A stretch of DNA of 64,000 nucleotides. Origin: a phage. Positions 10,153-19,379 of this stretch are shown in pieces. The notes beneath the pieces are model-generated. The model saw nothing but the letters and a program-made list of their open reading frames with translations, had not been told where the DNA came from and did no database searches. Location: sequence record PZ445450.1; one strand, given 5' to 3'. The translations under genes were made by a program, and so were the position numbers. Each line of letters starts with the position of its first letter. Within the stretch, counting starts at the first letter, position 1.

Positions 10153-10167
10153 CATCTAGTCAACATG

Positions 10168-10198
10168 GCCCTGCCCGAAAGGGTGGGGCATTTTTGTA
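10168..10198 (+). terminator. Rho-independent terminator
   Basis: Same hairpin as at 19-46, followed by a T-tract. Confidence 0.65.
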
Positions 10199-10214
10199 TA
10201 AGGAGATCTGAAAA

Positions 10215-10631
10215 ATGACATTAGAAGATATCATTGTTAAGCCTGAGAACTATGACCAATACAACCTGTCAACTCAATCTGTAGACCTTGGATGCGCCAC
10301 GGTCAGTGCGTGGCTGGTTAACGGAAAAGAGTTGGATAAATGCTTGGAAGCCCACATGTCTGTTAACAAGTTCCTGGATGAAAACACTCACTGGCTTGAG
10401 GGTGCAGGCGTATATGCTTCATGGTTGGAGAGTATGGGATTCGACTACCAATCTGAAGAGGGGTGGTGGAGCTATTTAGCTATCTGCCCAGAGACGCTAC
10501 AATGCTTCATGAAATATTCTGAAGATTTGGAGTACCGTGCGGTGGTTGATAGTGCTATTGCCCGTTATAGCCGTAAACCTTTTTCCCACGACATTAAAAC
10601 TGTGGAAGAATTTGTTGAAGTTTTCTGTTGA
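10215..10631 (+). CDS. Hypothetical protein
   Basis: AAGGAGA RBS; 138 aa. Confidence 0.55.
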   Translation: MTLEDIIVKPENYDQYNLSTQSVDLGCATVSAWLVNGKELDKCLEAHMSVNKFLDENTHWLEGAGVYASWLESMGFDYQSEEGWWSYLAICPETLQCFMKYSEDLEYRAVVDSAIARYSRKPFSHDIKTVEEFVEVFC

Positions 10632-10727
10632 CACGGATTGAAAGGTGTGCAATTATAACTTCATAGAACGGGAGGACGTGATGAACGAAGAAAACTGGGA
10701 TGTATAACTAACAGGAGGCCACTGCCC

Positions 10728-10925
10728 ATGATTTATCGAATCCGTGTAAGAGAAGATGCACCAGGCTGTTACTTTGACTGGCGTGGGTGGTGGTTTCTCC
10801 ACCCGATGGATGGACTCACAGATAGAATGCTGGATGCTGCCCTTTATACAGATACCGATATAGAATATAATCTCTATCTGAAGGACGGTATAGATAACGG
10901 TCTATTTGAAGCAATTCCTGTGTAA
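10728..10925 (+). CDS. Hypothetical protein
   Basis: AGGAGG RBS. Confidence 0.5.
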   Translation: MIYRIRVREDAPGCYFDWRGWWFLHPMDGLTDRMLDAALYTDTDIEYNLYLKDGIDNGLFEAIPV

Positions 10926-10993
10926 GAGACTGTGATAGCCATGTTTTATGATCTTCCTGTAGCACCACCACCTGTTGAACCCGGAGAACTAAG

Positions 10994-11419
10994 ATGATCT
11001 ATGAAATGCCAAAACTGATTCGTGACGATGCCCAAAACGCTCACACCATTATTATGGGCAAACGCATGGATATTATTTGTCATAAAGATTTCTGGGAAGG
11101 AAGTTACTTCACAGAGTATTTTGGTAAACTGGACAATGGTCTGCTGATCCAGTTCTACACCGATGCGGAAAACAACATTCACTGGGAGTTCGAAACTGAA
11201 GATATCCATAAACTTTTCACCTTCCTCGGTATTAAGGTTGAGGCCAAGTTTGAAGAAGGTGAGTGCGACGATTGTGGATTCTATGAGGTAACAGATTTCT
11301 ACCTTCCAAGTGGTAAAAATCTCTACTACGAAAGCCACTTCGGCAACTCAAATATGCCACAGGGTTGGGATGAGTTTTTGGAAATTGCAGAAGAGGAGCT
11401 GGAATACCGTGATTATTGA
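10994..11419 (+). CDS. Hypothetical protein
   Basis: GGAGA RBS; 141 aa. Confidence 0.5.
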   Translation: MIYEMPKLIRDDAQNAHTIIMGKRMDIICHKDFWEGSYFTEYFGKLDNGLLIQFYTDAENNIHWEFETEDIHKLFTFLGIKVEAKFEEGECDDCGFYEVTDFYLPSGKNLYYESHFGNSNMPQGWDEFLEIAEEELEYRDY

Positions 11420-11867
11420 TACTGTAAAGGGAGATCTAATCTCCATTTTCAAGAAAGGGTCAGGCCACATGATCCACGGTTGTAACTGCTTTCACACAAT
11501 GGGTGCAGGTATAGCGAAAGATATTGCCCGTGAGTTCCCTCAAGCACTGGCAGCCGACAAAGAGACTGCTTATGGTAATCTAGACAAGCTGGGTATGTTT
11601 TCTTGTTGGGAGCATTTTGCCAAGGCCAGGGTCGTATATGGAATCAACCTGTATACCCAGTTCTACCCAGGGCCCAATGCTGAATACTTCTCAATCATGA
11701 AAGGTTTTGAGCGAGTCAACGAGGTATTCAAAGGTATGTCATTGCCGTTCTACATTCCTAAAATCGGATGCGGTATTGGAGGTCTAAAGTGGGAACATGT
11801 AGAAGATGTAATTAATCTTGCAACCACAGATATTGATGTGGTTGTAGTAGAGTACAAAAAGTGTTGA
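11409..11867 (+). CDS. Macro-domain (ADP-ribose-binding/processing) protein
   Basis: GDLISIF..HGCNCFHTMGAGIA and IPKIGCGIGG glycine motifs; start set at GTG 11409 after GAGGAG RBS. Confidence 0.6.
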   Translation: MIIDTVKGDLISIFKKGSGHMIHGCNCFHTMGAGIAKDIAREFPQALAADKETAYGNLDKLGMFSCWEHFAKARVVYGINLYTQFYPGPNAEYFSIMKGFERVNEVFKGMSLPFYIPKIGCGIGGLKWEHVEDVINLATTDIDVVVVEYKKC

Positions 11868-11872
11868 CGACC

Positions 11873-11901
11873 ATCTTCTGAGGTGATATAGTTTCCACAA
11901 C
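11873..11901 (+). promoter_or_regulatory. Sigma70-like promoter
   Basis: TTGACG, 17 nt spacer, TATAGT. Confidence 0.45.
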
Positions 11902-12118
11902 AACTAAGAGAGGAGAGCACTGTGGAGACTAAAATCTTAATTCTTGCTGTGGTAGATACAACCGAAGGAGCTATATTCGAATCTGCAGGAGGGTATTTCT
12001 ACCTACCATACGGAAAAAGAACTTCCGAGCCAAGTAAAGATTCAATCCTCAAAGTGTTCCCGTGTGCTTTCTGGCTGGAGATTTTGGTATAAGATTGCAG
12101 ATGATTTGGGAGAGAATT

Positions 12119-12313
12119 ATGAGAAACAAGAAAGAACTTTACTCTGGTGAGTGGATCAACGATCAACAGGTGGGAGAGGTAACCTGCTTCCGATGTTTTA
12201 CCAGGTACAATCTTAAAACTGCACCAAAAAGTGTTCCAAAGACTGATGGTTATTATATAAAAGAACCCCATTGCCCAAAATGTAAATGCCGATTGTACTG
12301 GAGCAATCTGTAA
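12119..12313 (+). CDS. Small zinc-ribbon protein
   Basis: CxxC...CPKCKC cysteine pairs; GGAGAG RBS before ATG 12119. Confidence 0.45.
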   Translation: MRNKKELYSGEWINDQQVGEVTCFRCFTRYNLKTAPKSVPKTDGYYIKEPHCPKCKCRLYWSNL

Positions 12314-12317
12314 GAGG

Positions 12318-12345
12318 TTGACATCTGAAAACTGCAGTGTATAAT
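12318..12345 (+). promoter_or_regulatory. Sigma70-like promoter
   Basis: TTGACA, 16 nt spacer, TATAAT. Confidence 0.55.
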
Positions 12346-12376
12346 ATACGCATAAACTAACAGAGAGCGATGTATT

Positions 12377-12568
12377 ATGGTAATTTTTAACCGAGATGGT
12401 ATCATAGTTAGACAGCACCCGTTCCTTGAATACTATCAAATTGAGCAATGGTGCTACGGGGATTGCAGTCACTCCTATGGGCAAAGTTGGGGATACCGTA
12501 CAGTTTTTGAATCCACAGACCTTGACAAAGTAAGACAGAAAGTTTTAGAACTTATTAACAACAAGTGA
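12377..12568 (+). CDS. Hypothetical protein
   Basis: ORF downstream of the promoter at 12318. Confidence 0.45.
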   Translation: MVIFNRDGIIVRQHPFLEYYQIEQWCYGDCSHSYGQSWGYRTVFESTDLDKVRQKVLELINNK

Positions 12569-12575
12569 GTATGAT

Positions 12576-12908
12576 ATGGTAACATTGGAAAGACGTAAAG
12601 CTATCGCCGCCACACTGGCAGACATCTTTTGGGATTGCAACTTAAAAGATACCAGAAATTGTGGCGCATCTGTAGATGTATTATTCTCACGGCCCACCAT
12701 TGTTGCAATGGGAAACCTGTTAAACGTAGTGTACGGAGCATGGGATAAAGAGGGTGGATTTTACATCTGGCAACCTGACTACGGGACCTGGAAAGAGGTA
12801 AGGGGTGCGGATGACTTTGGGCCTGCAGCTGCTAAGATGGATGGCTGGCAAATTTATGTTGGAAACGACATGAAGCTGAAAGGCGAGATTGTTTACTGGT
12901 TACCTTAA
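12576..12908 (+). CDS. Hypothetical protein
   Basis: 110 aa ORF with weak RBS. Confidence 0.4.
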   Translation: MVTLERRKAIAATLADIFWDCNLKDTRNCGASVDVLFSRPTIVAMGNLLNVVYGAWDKEGGFYIWQPDYGTWKEVRGADDFGPAAAKMDGWQIYVGNDMKLKGEIVYWLP

Positions 12909-12928
12909 GAGAATGCAGGAGATAAAGT

Positions 12929-13174
12929 ATGAACAAAGGGTGGACATTTGTAGACGGCGTTAAAAACATGCCTCTAGGGAAGTATATTGTAGCCATGGCA
13001 GATGAGAATGGCAAGGTGGATTTCGGAGTTTGCGAGGTTGTTCTTGCAGGATCTGGTGACTATGCTCACAAAACTGGGATAATTAACGGTCATTTCTACT
13101 TTGATTACAACCCTGTTGTGGCGTATATGGCTATGCCAGAGTTAGAGCTCCCAAAGGAGGGTGCAGATGTTTAA
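12929..13174 (+). CDS. Hypothetical protein
   Basis: CAGGAGA RBS. Confidence 0.5.
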   Translation: MNKGWTFVDGVKNMPLGKYIVAMADENGKVDFGVCEVVLAGSGDYAHKTGIINGHFYFDYNPVVAYMAMPELELPKEGADV

Positions 13175-13364
13175 GCTTAAATCTGCATGGAACATCGCTG
13201 TGGGGGACGAGATCCGCATCCCAGGTGGAAAGACCATTATGAAGATATCACGTATCGAGTATGAAGGTGATCGTGTATTTCATATCTTTGCAGAAGATGG
13301 TCGAGAAATTTATATACAGGCAGGCTCTCACATCTATATCCGTAAGAAAGGGGACGACAAATGA
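13161..13364 (+). CDS. Hypothetical protein
   Basis: AAGGAGG RBS. Confidence 0.5.
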   Translation: MQMFKLKSAWNIAVGDEIRIPGGKTIMKISRIEYEGDRVFHIFAEDGREIYIQAGSHIYIRKKGDDK

Positions 13365-13693
13365 CAGAGATCATCGTTTCAACTGCAGGGTATGTATTCC
13401 TGACAATCATTGCGTTGGCTATTCTGGTGGCGGTGTATGGATTTGTTATCCTGCCTATTCTTGAGACATTTAGTTTGTGTCGGTGTTGGAGAAAAGCTTA
13501 CGGACCACAACCGTGGAAAGACTGGTTCCATTTGGTGCGTATAGCGTTCTCTTATGCCTATGACCACTCTAGCAGTGCATGCGTAACCGGGTACCATGCC
13601 TACAACTGGAACTGGGAAGGGCTGGGGAGATGGACTGTTACAAAAACTATACCCTTACGGTTGTATAAAGGAAAGAACAAACTGGGCACCTGA
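13361..13693 (+). CDS. Putative membrane protein
   Basis: N-terminal hydrophobic helix; ATGA coupling. Confidence 0.5.
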   Translation: MTEIIVSTAGYVFLTIIALAILVAVYGFVILPILETFSLCRCWRKAYGPQPWKDWFHLVRIAFSYAYDHSSSACVTGYHAYNWNWEGLGRWTVTKTIPLRLYKGKNKLGT

Positions 13694-14005
13694 TATTTTT
13701 AAGTTATCAGGTTGCTAGAGATCAGGAGGATTTCTAAAATGGATTTCCTCCTTTTGATATTTCACCGGACCAGATATTTTAAAATTCTTAGAAAATCAGA
13801 AAATGGATCGAAAACTAAAATGGATTTTTCAGAGTAGGCGCGACAAGCTGAATCGCTCATCCTATCGTTTGCACCATATTCTAGACCACCATTACAGATT
13901 TCCCGCACATGCTCACATCCTTCTACTAGAACTTCCTCCACTTACCCTTGACTTTTTATGGTAATAGTCTAACCACTATCTTGAGGTTGCGGTACAGCTT
14001 TCCGG

Positions 14006-14092
14006 GTACTCGATCTGTTTTTCGTTTCAAAGATTGAATTTTCTGAAAATTTTTCTCGATAAATTTCTCAGTACTCGATCTGTTTTTCGTTT
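14006..14092. repeat. Direct repeats of gtactcgatctgtttttcgttt (2 copies 65 bp apart) within an AT-rich, repeat-dense intergenic region
   Basis: Exact 22-nt copies at 14006 and 14071; flanking aaatggat(t)ttt and ttttctgRaaat motifs repeated. Confidence 0.6.
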
Positions 14093-14328
14093 TCTGAATC
14101 GGATTTTCTGGAAATCGTTCCGGAGCTCGACCTGAAATTTTTGGGGACGAAATCGATTTTTCGTTTTCAGAAATGGATTTTTAAAATTTCTATATGGGAA
14201 TATTTTATAGGATACTGTTTTATAGGAAATTGTTACGGAGGGTAATTAGCATGCTAATTAAATTTATTAAATGCGAGGAGTTCTCATTTAGAATTTTGAA
14301 TGATAATCATTCTCGTTTGCAGAATAAC

Positions 14329-14359
14329 GGGCAGGCCCGGTGATTGTCTCCCGGCCCCT
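14329..14359 (+). repeat. Conserved 17-nt element CCCGGTGRTTGTCTCCC, copy 1
   Basis: Same core at 14469-14505 and, inverted, at 23697-23743. Confidence 0.55.
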
Positions 14360-14468
14360 GTTGCCCCGGCTTGTTATTATAGTATCACACAGGACAAAGA
14401 AAGCAAGGACTTTTTGCATAAATTTTTAAATGATAATGATAACCGTTCTCATTTTATGCAGCGCCCAT

Positions 14469-14505
14469 CCCCGGTGGTTGTCTCCCCCGTCACCGGTGCC
14501 TGCCG
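14469..14505 (+). repeat. Conserved 17-nt element, copy 2
   Basis: cccggtggttgtctccc flanked by ccggtg/caccgg inverted repeat. Confidence 0.55.
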
Positions 14506-14675
14506 TCCTTTCGATAGGTATATTGTGCCACCTGGCGGGGCCGCTGTCAACACTTTTCAAAAAATTTTTCTAACCTGATGCGCTAACCGTTGCAACCTGG
14601 CGGGGCCAGCCTGGCAGGGGGGTGAAAGCTTGCAAACCTGGTAGTAGGGTAAACAATTGAAGAGGAGGTACAAAA

Positions 14676-14849
14676 ATGAAAGGTAATGCTACTCACCTGG
14701 AGAATGTAGCGATTAATGACGCTGAGGCTATCGCCCTGGTTGAAAAGGCTATGGCGGGAGCGTTGGAACATAAAGAAGAGTACGAAAAAATGGTGGTTAA
14801 CCTAGCGGGGGCGGCAGGTGGATTCTATCATAAAAATAATTTAAAATAG
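14676..14849 (+). CDS. Hypothetical small protein (57 aa)
   Basis: Strong GAGGAGG RBS; absent from the ORF track because under 60 aa. Confidence 0.5.
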   Translation: MKGNATHLENVAINDAEAIALVEKAMAGALEHKEEYEKMVVNLAGAAGGFYHKNNLK

Positions 14850-14852
14850 TCG

Positions 14853-14880
14853 TTGACAACAAGGTTAATCATGGTATTAT
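14853..14880 (+). promoter_or_regulatory. Sigma70-like promoter with extended -10
   Basis: TTGACA, 16 nt spacer, TG-n-TATTAT. Confidence 0.55.
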
Positions 14881-14930
14881 TACCCTACAAGGTGAACAAC
14901 ACCGCACTAACCAGTAAAGAGGATAAATTT

Positions 14931-15128
14931 ATGAACGCATACGGGATCAAAGTACGTTGCAACACTCGCCAGGTGGTCACCAATCAAGTGATTTGCCGGG
15001 TGGATGTAACCATCAACAACGGGCAAGGCCTTTATAAATTTCGTCGCGGTCATAGCTATACCCTGCAACAGCTTAATCGTTGCGCCCTGACAAAAGGTCA
15101 GATCAACCACTGGTTTAATAAAAAATAA
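14931..15128 (+). CDS. Hypothetical protein
   Basis: AGAGGA RBS before ATG 14931, downstream of the promoter. Confidence 0.5.
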   Translation: MNAYGIKVRCNTRQVVTNQVICRVDVTINNGQGLYKFRRGHSYTLQQLNRCALTKGQINHWFNKK

Positions 15129-15132
15129 ATAT

Positions 15133-15160
15133 TGACATGTAGTCTGAAACAAAATATACT
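15133..15160 (+). promoter_or_regulatory. Sigma70-like promoter
   Basis: A-tract, TTGACA, 16 nt spacer, TATACT. Confidence 0.55.
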
Positions 15161-15192
15161 GAAAGCACAAAAGACACTAAGAGGATAAAATC

Positions 15193-15591
15193 ATGAAAAC
15201 CACAACCTTTAATTTTGACAATGCTGACTTCTCTTTTTCTGATGTTAAAAGCTGCCGCCGTGATCGCGGATTCTACAAGGCCTATAATCTGGTTGGCCTG
15301 GACGATGATAATAATTTGCACGAAGTAGCGGAGATCCGGTACTATGCCGCCGCCAGCGGTAACACTCACTACTGTGTATTTTGGATTCACGACAACAAGA
15401 ACAATAAGTACGGTTATACTGGCGGCAAGGCGAGCGGTCACGGTTATGATAAAGCCAACGCTGCACTTGAAAGCGCATTAAGTGCCATGGGAATCACTGC
15501 CGACGGCTGGATCTATGAAGAAGAGTTTTTGGCGGCACTTGCTAACCACCTGGGCTATAAAAAGCACATTGTAACATGTGCCCACGAATAA
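15193..15591 (+). CDS. Hypothetical protein
   Basis: AAGAGGA RBS; 132 aa. Confidence 0.55.
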   Translation: MKTTTFNFDNADFSFSDVKSCRRDRGFYKAYNLVGLDDDNNLHEVAEIRYYAAASGNTHYCVFWIHDNKNNKYGYTGGKASGHGYDKANAALESALSAMGITADGWIYEEEFLAALANHLGYKKHIVTCAHE

Positions 15592-15599
15592 AAAAATTA

Positions 15600-15627
15600 T
15601 TGACACGCTGCAAAATTCAAGTAAACT
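15600..15627 (+). promoter_or_regulatory. Sigma70-like promoter
   Basis: A-tract, TTGACA, 16 nt spacer, TAAACT. Confidence 0.45.
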
Positions 15628-15675
15628 ATACACAAAAGGCGGGAATGTTTCCCGCCAACACAAAGGAAAAAGATC

Positions 15676-16071
15676 ATGAATAAGAACGTACGCCGCATCA
15701 TGAACGAACTGGCAAACGATGAAAAAATTATTGACATGCATTTAGTCAACATTTGCCGCCGTTGTGTAACATATAACAACCGCGCCGCAAAAGCGCGTGA
15801 GATGAACGCAAAAGGCACCTTAAAGCCTTTTCAGGTGGTTGTAAAATCTATAACTAATGCAGCAGGCCAGGCGCATGACCACAACAACGAGAGCACTAAT
15901 ATTGATCCGTCTTACGTAATGAAACGGATCCGGACTTGCAAGAATAAAGAGCAGGTGTATAACGTCATAGATTGGCTGGACTCCCTGGGCGATGTGGTTT
16001 ACAATAGGTTTTCTGCAGCCATCGAGATCCAGCTTGACAGATTGGACGGGAAAGTACTAAAAACTTATTGA
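15676..16071 (+). CDS. Hypothetical protein
   Basis: Leader hairpin gcgggaatgtttcccgc, then CAACACAAAGGAAAAAG and ATG. Confidence 0.55.
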   Translation: MNKNVRRIMNELANDEKIIDMHLVNICRRCVTYNNRAAKAREMNAKGTLKPFQVVVKSITNAAGQAHDHNNESTNIDPSYVMKRIRTCKNKEQVYNVIDWLDSLGDVVYNRFSAAIEIQLDRLDGKVLKTY

Positions 16072-16073
16072 GT

Positions 16074-16119
16074 TTATTTTTAGATGGCCTTGACTCCAGG
16101 GCCATCAATAAAGTAAACT
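16074..16119 (+). repeat. Intergenic palindromic repeat (GATGGCC-n10-GGCCATC), copy A
   Basis: ttatttttagatggccttgactccagggccatcaataaagtaaa; identical at 16695 and 20439. Confidence 0.7.
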
Positions 16120-16151
16120 AACCACAATTAAGCGGAAAAGGAGGCTTAAAG

Positions 16152-16271
16152 ATGAGCACTACACGCCAGCACACAAAGGTAACTATTATCGTTTGCATCA
16201 TTGGTTACATCCTGGCGCAAATGTTGATGGGTAGCGCCAACGGTGTAGCAAAATTTTTCTTAAACTTTTAA
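16152..16271 (+). CDS. Small hydrophobic peptide (39 aa)
   Basis: AAAAGGAGG RBS; one predicted TM segment. Confidence 0.4.
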   Translation: MSTTRQHTKVTIIVCIIGYILAQMLMGSANGVAKFFLNF

Positions 16272-16272
16272 T

Positions 16273-16300
16273 TGACAAGCTAACTTAGATCAGTATACTA
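16273..16300 (+). promoter_or_regulatory. Sigma70-like promoter
   Basis: TTGACA, 15-16 nt spacer, TATACT. Confidence 0.5.
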
Positions 16301-16350
16301 AGCACATAGACGGGAAAACTTCCCCAGACACACGAAAGGAGAAAAACACC

Positions 16351-16692
16351 ATGACTACTATGACCGCCGAAGAAAAAGCCCTGCAGATCGCCGCTCTGAA
16401 AAAACAGATCGCAGACCTTGAGAATAAGATCGATAACTTTGAAATCGACGAGGACAAGTACGACGAAAACTATGATGAATGGCTAGACGAGGTTTATGGC
16501 GAAATTATGATCGGAAACATTTCTTTTCTTCCGTCGCGTATCCTCAAGGAGTTAGATCCTATCGCTTACCGCTGCGGATTTAGCGACTACATCGACAGCC
16601 TGGATATTGAGGACGATGAAGAATACCGGGAATTACAGACAGAGTTGGAAGAAGCAAAAGAAGAGCTTGCGGAGCTGGAAGAAAACGAGTAA
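16351..16692 (+). CDS. Acidic coiled-coil protein
   Basis: AAAGGAGA RBS; Glu/Asp-rich C-terminus. Confidence 0.55.
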   Translation: MTTMTAEEKALQIAALKKQIADLENKIDNFEIDEDKYDENYDEWLDEVYGEIMIGNISFLPSRILKELDPIAYRCGFSDYIDSLDIEDDEEYRELQTELEEAKEELAELEENE

Positions 16693-16694
16693 GA

Positions 16695-16740
16695 TTATTT
16701 TTAGATGGCCTTGACTCCAGGGCCATCAATAAAGTAAACT
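16695..16740 (+). repeat. Intergenic palindromic repeat, copy B
   Basis: Identical 44-nt core. Confidence 0.7.
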
Positions 16741-16781
16741 TTATACTGTTAACACTGAACTAATGCATAGGAGTTAAAACC

Positions 16782-17027
16782 ATGGCAGCACTAATCACTA
16801 AATATTACGCCCCTACCAACACCAAAAGCGCCCGTATCATGGTAAAAGGCTTCGGACGTAAAAAGGTTTACACCTGGGATTATGCCTTAGACACGGAAGA
16901 CAACTACACCAACGCGATGACAGATTTTATTAATGAGCTGAACACGCGGATCTTGACAAATTATAAAATTACCGATATTGCCTATATAGGGGAAGGCGGG
17001 ATCTGTTTTGTCGGTATCGTCAAATAA
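16782..17027 (+). CDS. Hypothetical protein
   Basis: TAGGAG RBS. Confidence 0.5.
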   Translation: MAALITKYYAPTNTKSARIMVKGFGRKKVYTWDYALDTEDNYTNAMTDFINELNTRILTNYKITDIAYIGEGGICFVGIVK

Positions 17028-17103
17028 ACTGTTTTTTCGGTGGTCCTGGTAGCAGGGCCATCTATAAAGATAGTTTATCAATACAATGAAAGGAGAAAGT
17101 AAC

Positions 17104-17451
17104 ATGATCAGTGGGGCAAGTTTTATTATTGGCGCTATTGCTACGGCTTTAATTGTAAACAAGATCCAATCTAAAAACGAAAAAGAGAGCAACGCGCTCA
17201 CAGAATACCCATTTTGGATATTCAACGACAATGAAGACTACATTATCAAGTACAAGAATGAGAAGGGCGACCAGGTAACACCGCGACCGATCCCGGCCTA
17301 CAAGATGCAAGAAACACTATACCGCCTAAAGGCTGGAGGCGCAAAAATCGTAGACTTTTGGGGATATGATTGCAAGGATCAGGAGGTTATAAAACGGCGT
17401 ATCCGGGCTATTCAGGCCAATATTGAAGTTAGCAAGGGGGGGAATATATGA
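17104..17451 (+). CDS. Putative membrane protein
   Basis: AAAGGAGAAAG RBS; N-terminal TM helix. Confidence 0.5.
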   Translation: MISGASFIIGAIATALIVNKIQSKNEKESNALTEYPFWIFNDNEDYIIKYKNEKGDQVTPRPIPAYKMQETLYRLKAGGAKIVDFWGYDCKDQEVIKRRIRAIQANIEVSKGGNI

Positions 17452-17645
17452 AGATTAATTTTGAGAAGATTGTAAAGCGATCTCATGTTTCCGAAGAGCT
17501 GCCGGAACGACGCCAGCGTAACAATAAACTGAATAAGCCAAAAAGATTTGGAAAGATCTGGCGAAATCATTATGATCGTAAATTGCCTGGCCTACTTTTG
17601 GAACGTGAACGACAGGCAGAACGATACCGCCATAAAGACAAATAA
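17448..17645 (+). CDS. Small basic protein
   Basis: ATGA coupling; Arg/Lys-rich. Confidence 0.45.
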   Translation: MKINFEKIVKRSHVSEELPERRQRNNKLNKPKRFGKIWRNHYDRKLPGLLLERERQAERYRHKDK

Positions 17646-17652
17646 CAACCAA

Positions 17653-17683
17653 CGCCCCGCCATTGTGCGGGGCTTTTTATTTC
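17653..17683 (+). terminator. Rho-independent terminator
   Basis: gccccgc-cattgt-gcggggc followed by ttttt. Confidence 0.7.
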
Positions 17684-17826
17684 TATCCTACGAATAGCGC
17701 CCCTGGTTGGCCCTGTAAGCGCCAAAAAGGCCCCACCTATGCAATCGCCCCCCTTTAACCTGAAAACATCGCTTAGGGCCGTTTTATGGCGTTAAAAATA
17801 TCATTGACAGTGATTTTATTTAAAGC

Positions 17827-17854
17827 TTGACATCTTAAACAGGTTAGCTATACT
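17827..17854 (+). promoter_or_regulatory. Sigma70-like promoter
   Basis: TTGACA, 16 nt spacer, TATACT. Confidence 0.55.
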
Positions 17855-17886
17855 AACCACATCAAAGAGAGAAAGGAGTAAACGCC

Positions 17887-18147
17887 ATGCGTAAATTAAA
17901 AAATTTTGATAAAGTTGATGTTGTCCTGAATAATTTTTACTACTGCAACAACAAGGCCATTTGGTGGCGTGATAGTTCCACCGATAAAGTCAAGGCGCGC
18001 TTTCTCCAGGGGCACTGGCAAGGCCGCCCAGTGATTAAAATCATGGGGCAATTGGTAGCGTTTAAAAATTGCCGCCGTGTTGATGACGTTGAGGAGATTT
18101 TAAACATTTTGCGCCACAATAATTTAAAAAATAGTGTTGACAAGTAA
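17887..18147 (+). CDS. Hypothetical protein
   Basis: AAAGGAG RBS. Confidence 0.5.
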   Translation: MRKLKNFDKVDVVLNNFYYCNNKAIWWRDSSTDKVKARFLQGHWQGRPVIKIMGQLVAFKNCRRVDDVEEILNILRHNNLKNSVDK

Positions 18148-18164
18148 ATCTCAATAAGTATAAT
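18137..18164 (+). promoter_or_regulatory. Sigma70-like promoter
   Basis: TTGACA, 16 nt spacer, TATAAT. Confidence 0.55.
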
Positions 18165-18221
18165 TAAACACACAGGCGGGAAAACTTACCGCCACTAACA
18201 AAGAAAACAGGAGAAAATATC

Positions 18222-18845
18222 ATGACCACCGTTAACATTACCACAGGTTACAATTTATCTTTCGACGTGCTGACCGACGAACAAAAAGAAAAAGCCATTG
18301 AAATGGTACGCGAAAGAGAAGAACACAGCGGGGATGACTTTTTTGCAGAAAGTGTAATTGAACACTACAAAGAATATATCTTTCCAGAGTACGGCCTTGA
18401 AGATACCGAAGTACATTGGTCCGGCTTTTGGTGCCAGGGTGACGGCGCGTCAATCAGTGCTGAAAACGTGGATTTAGAAAAATTTTTGCGTAAAGTAAAG
18501 GCCCTGACCAAGTTCCGATCAATTCGTCACTTGTTCGGCACAATGCACGATGGCGAGTTATCAGCCAGTGTTGAACGCGACAAGTACAGCCATTACAGCC
18601 ATGAAAACACTGTAAGCGGATACATTGATACCACCTGGCTAGATCTGACCGCCAAACAAGAAAACAAAGTGGAAGACCTGGAAGAGCTGATCACCGAGAC
18701 GGTACGGGAGCTATCCCGCAAGGTTTACGTAGACCTGGAGGAGGCCTATCTAGAACAGTTCACTACCGAAAACCTGATCGGCCTTATTGAGGCCAATGAT
18801 TGGCGGTTTGATGTGGATGAATATGGAGAGATGAGTTTTTCATAA
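18222..18845 (+). CDS. Hypothetical acidic protein (207 aa)
   Basis: Leader hairpin plus CACTAACAAAG plus CAGGAGA RBS. Confidence 0.6.
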   Translation: MTTVNITTGYNLSFDVLTDEQKEKAIEMVREREEHSGDDFFAESVIEHYKEYIFPEYGLEDTEVHWSGFWCQGDGASISAENVDLEKFLRKVKALTKFRSIRHLFGTMHDGELSASVERDKYSHYSHENTVSGYIDTTWLDLTAKQENKVEDLEELITETVRELSRKVYVDLEEAYLEQFTTENLIGLIEANDWRFDVDEYGEMSFS

Positions 18846-18934
18846 ATAAAGTGTTGCAATAATCTAAAAACCTGCTATATTAAAACTCAAGGGGGCAAGA
18901 CGTTTGCCCCACACAAAACAAAGAGGAAAACATT

Positions 18935-19315
18935 ATGAAAAACACTACTAAAGCTATTGACACCGTTATGTTTAACCTGGTTACCTTTCGCGAGGATATG
19001 AAAGATCTTCCACGTGAAACAGTGTGCGATCACATTGAAAACTATCGCAAACTAATCAAAGAGTTGCCTTTAAAACGTGACCAGTATGCGGCTAACGCTA
19101 TGCTCAACGCCATGATCAAAAAGATGATTCAGTGTGATTTAACCCTGGCCTATGATTATGCAGGTGGTCGTTTTGCAGTATACAATCAGCCCGTGCCTGG
19201 TATGGGCACCACTGAAGAATTGCACGCGCTCAATCTAAAACAAGACGTGTGGGATAGTATGCCCCGCGTGGTGGTGTGGGCAGAAAGCGGAAAGATTTAC
19301 GGCGATAATTTTTAA
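18935..19315 (+). CDS. Hypothetical protein
   Basis: Leader hairpin plus AAAGAGGAAAA RBS. Confidence 0.55.
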   Translation: MKNTTKAIDTVMFNLVTFREDMKDLPRETVCDHIENYRKLIKELPLKRDQYAANAMLNAMIKKMIQCDLTLAYDYAGGRFAVYNQPVPGMGTTEELHALNLKQDVWDSMPRVVVWAESGKIYGDNF

Positions 19316-19325
19316 TCAGGTAACA

Positions 19326-19352
19326 GGCGGCATATTTGCCGCCTTATTGTTA
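19326..19352 (+). terminator. Rho-independent terminator
   Basis: ggcggcatatttgccgcc followed by ttattgtt. Confidence 0.5.
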
Positions 19353-19379
19353 AACAGAACTGCAAAAGAGGTACATAGA

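Noticed and set aside
11999-12484. Minus-strand 161-aa ORF in the early region
   Set aside because: It overlaps + strand genes that have promoters and RBSs; the whole 5-25 kb arm is transcribed on the + strand and no - strand signals were seen.
14300-14578. ORFs 14300-14578 (+) and 23584-23811 (-) sharing a GDCLP peptide motif
   Set aside because: The shared peptide arises from translating the conserved 17-nt DNA element in different contexts; neither has an RBS, and the flanking sequence is intergenic repeat.
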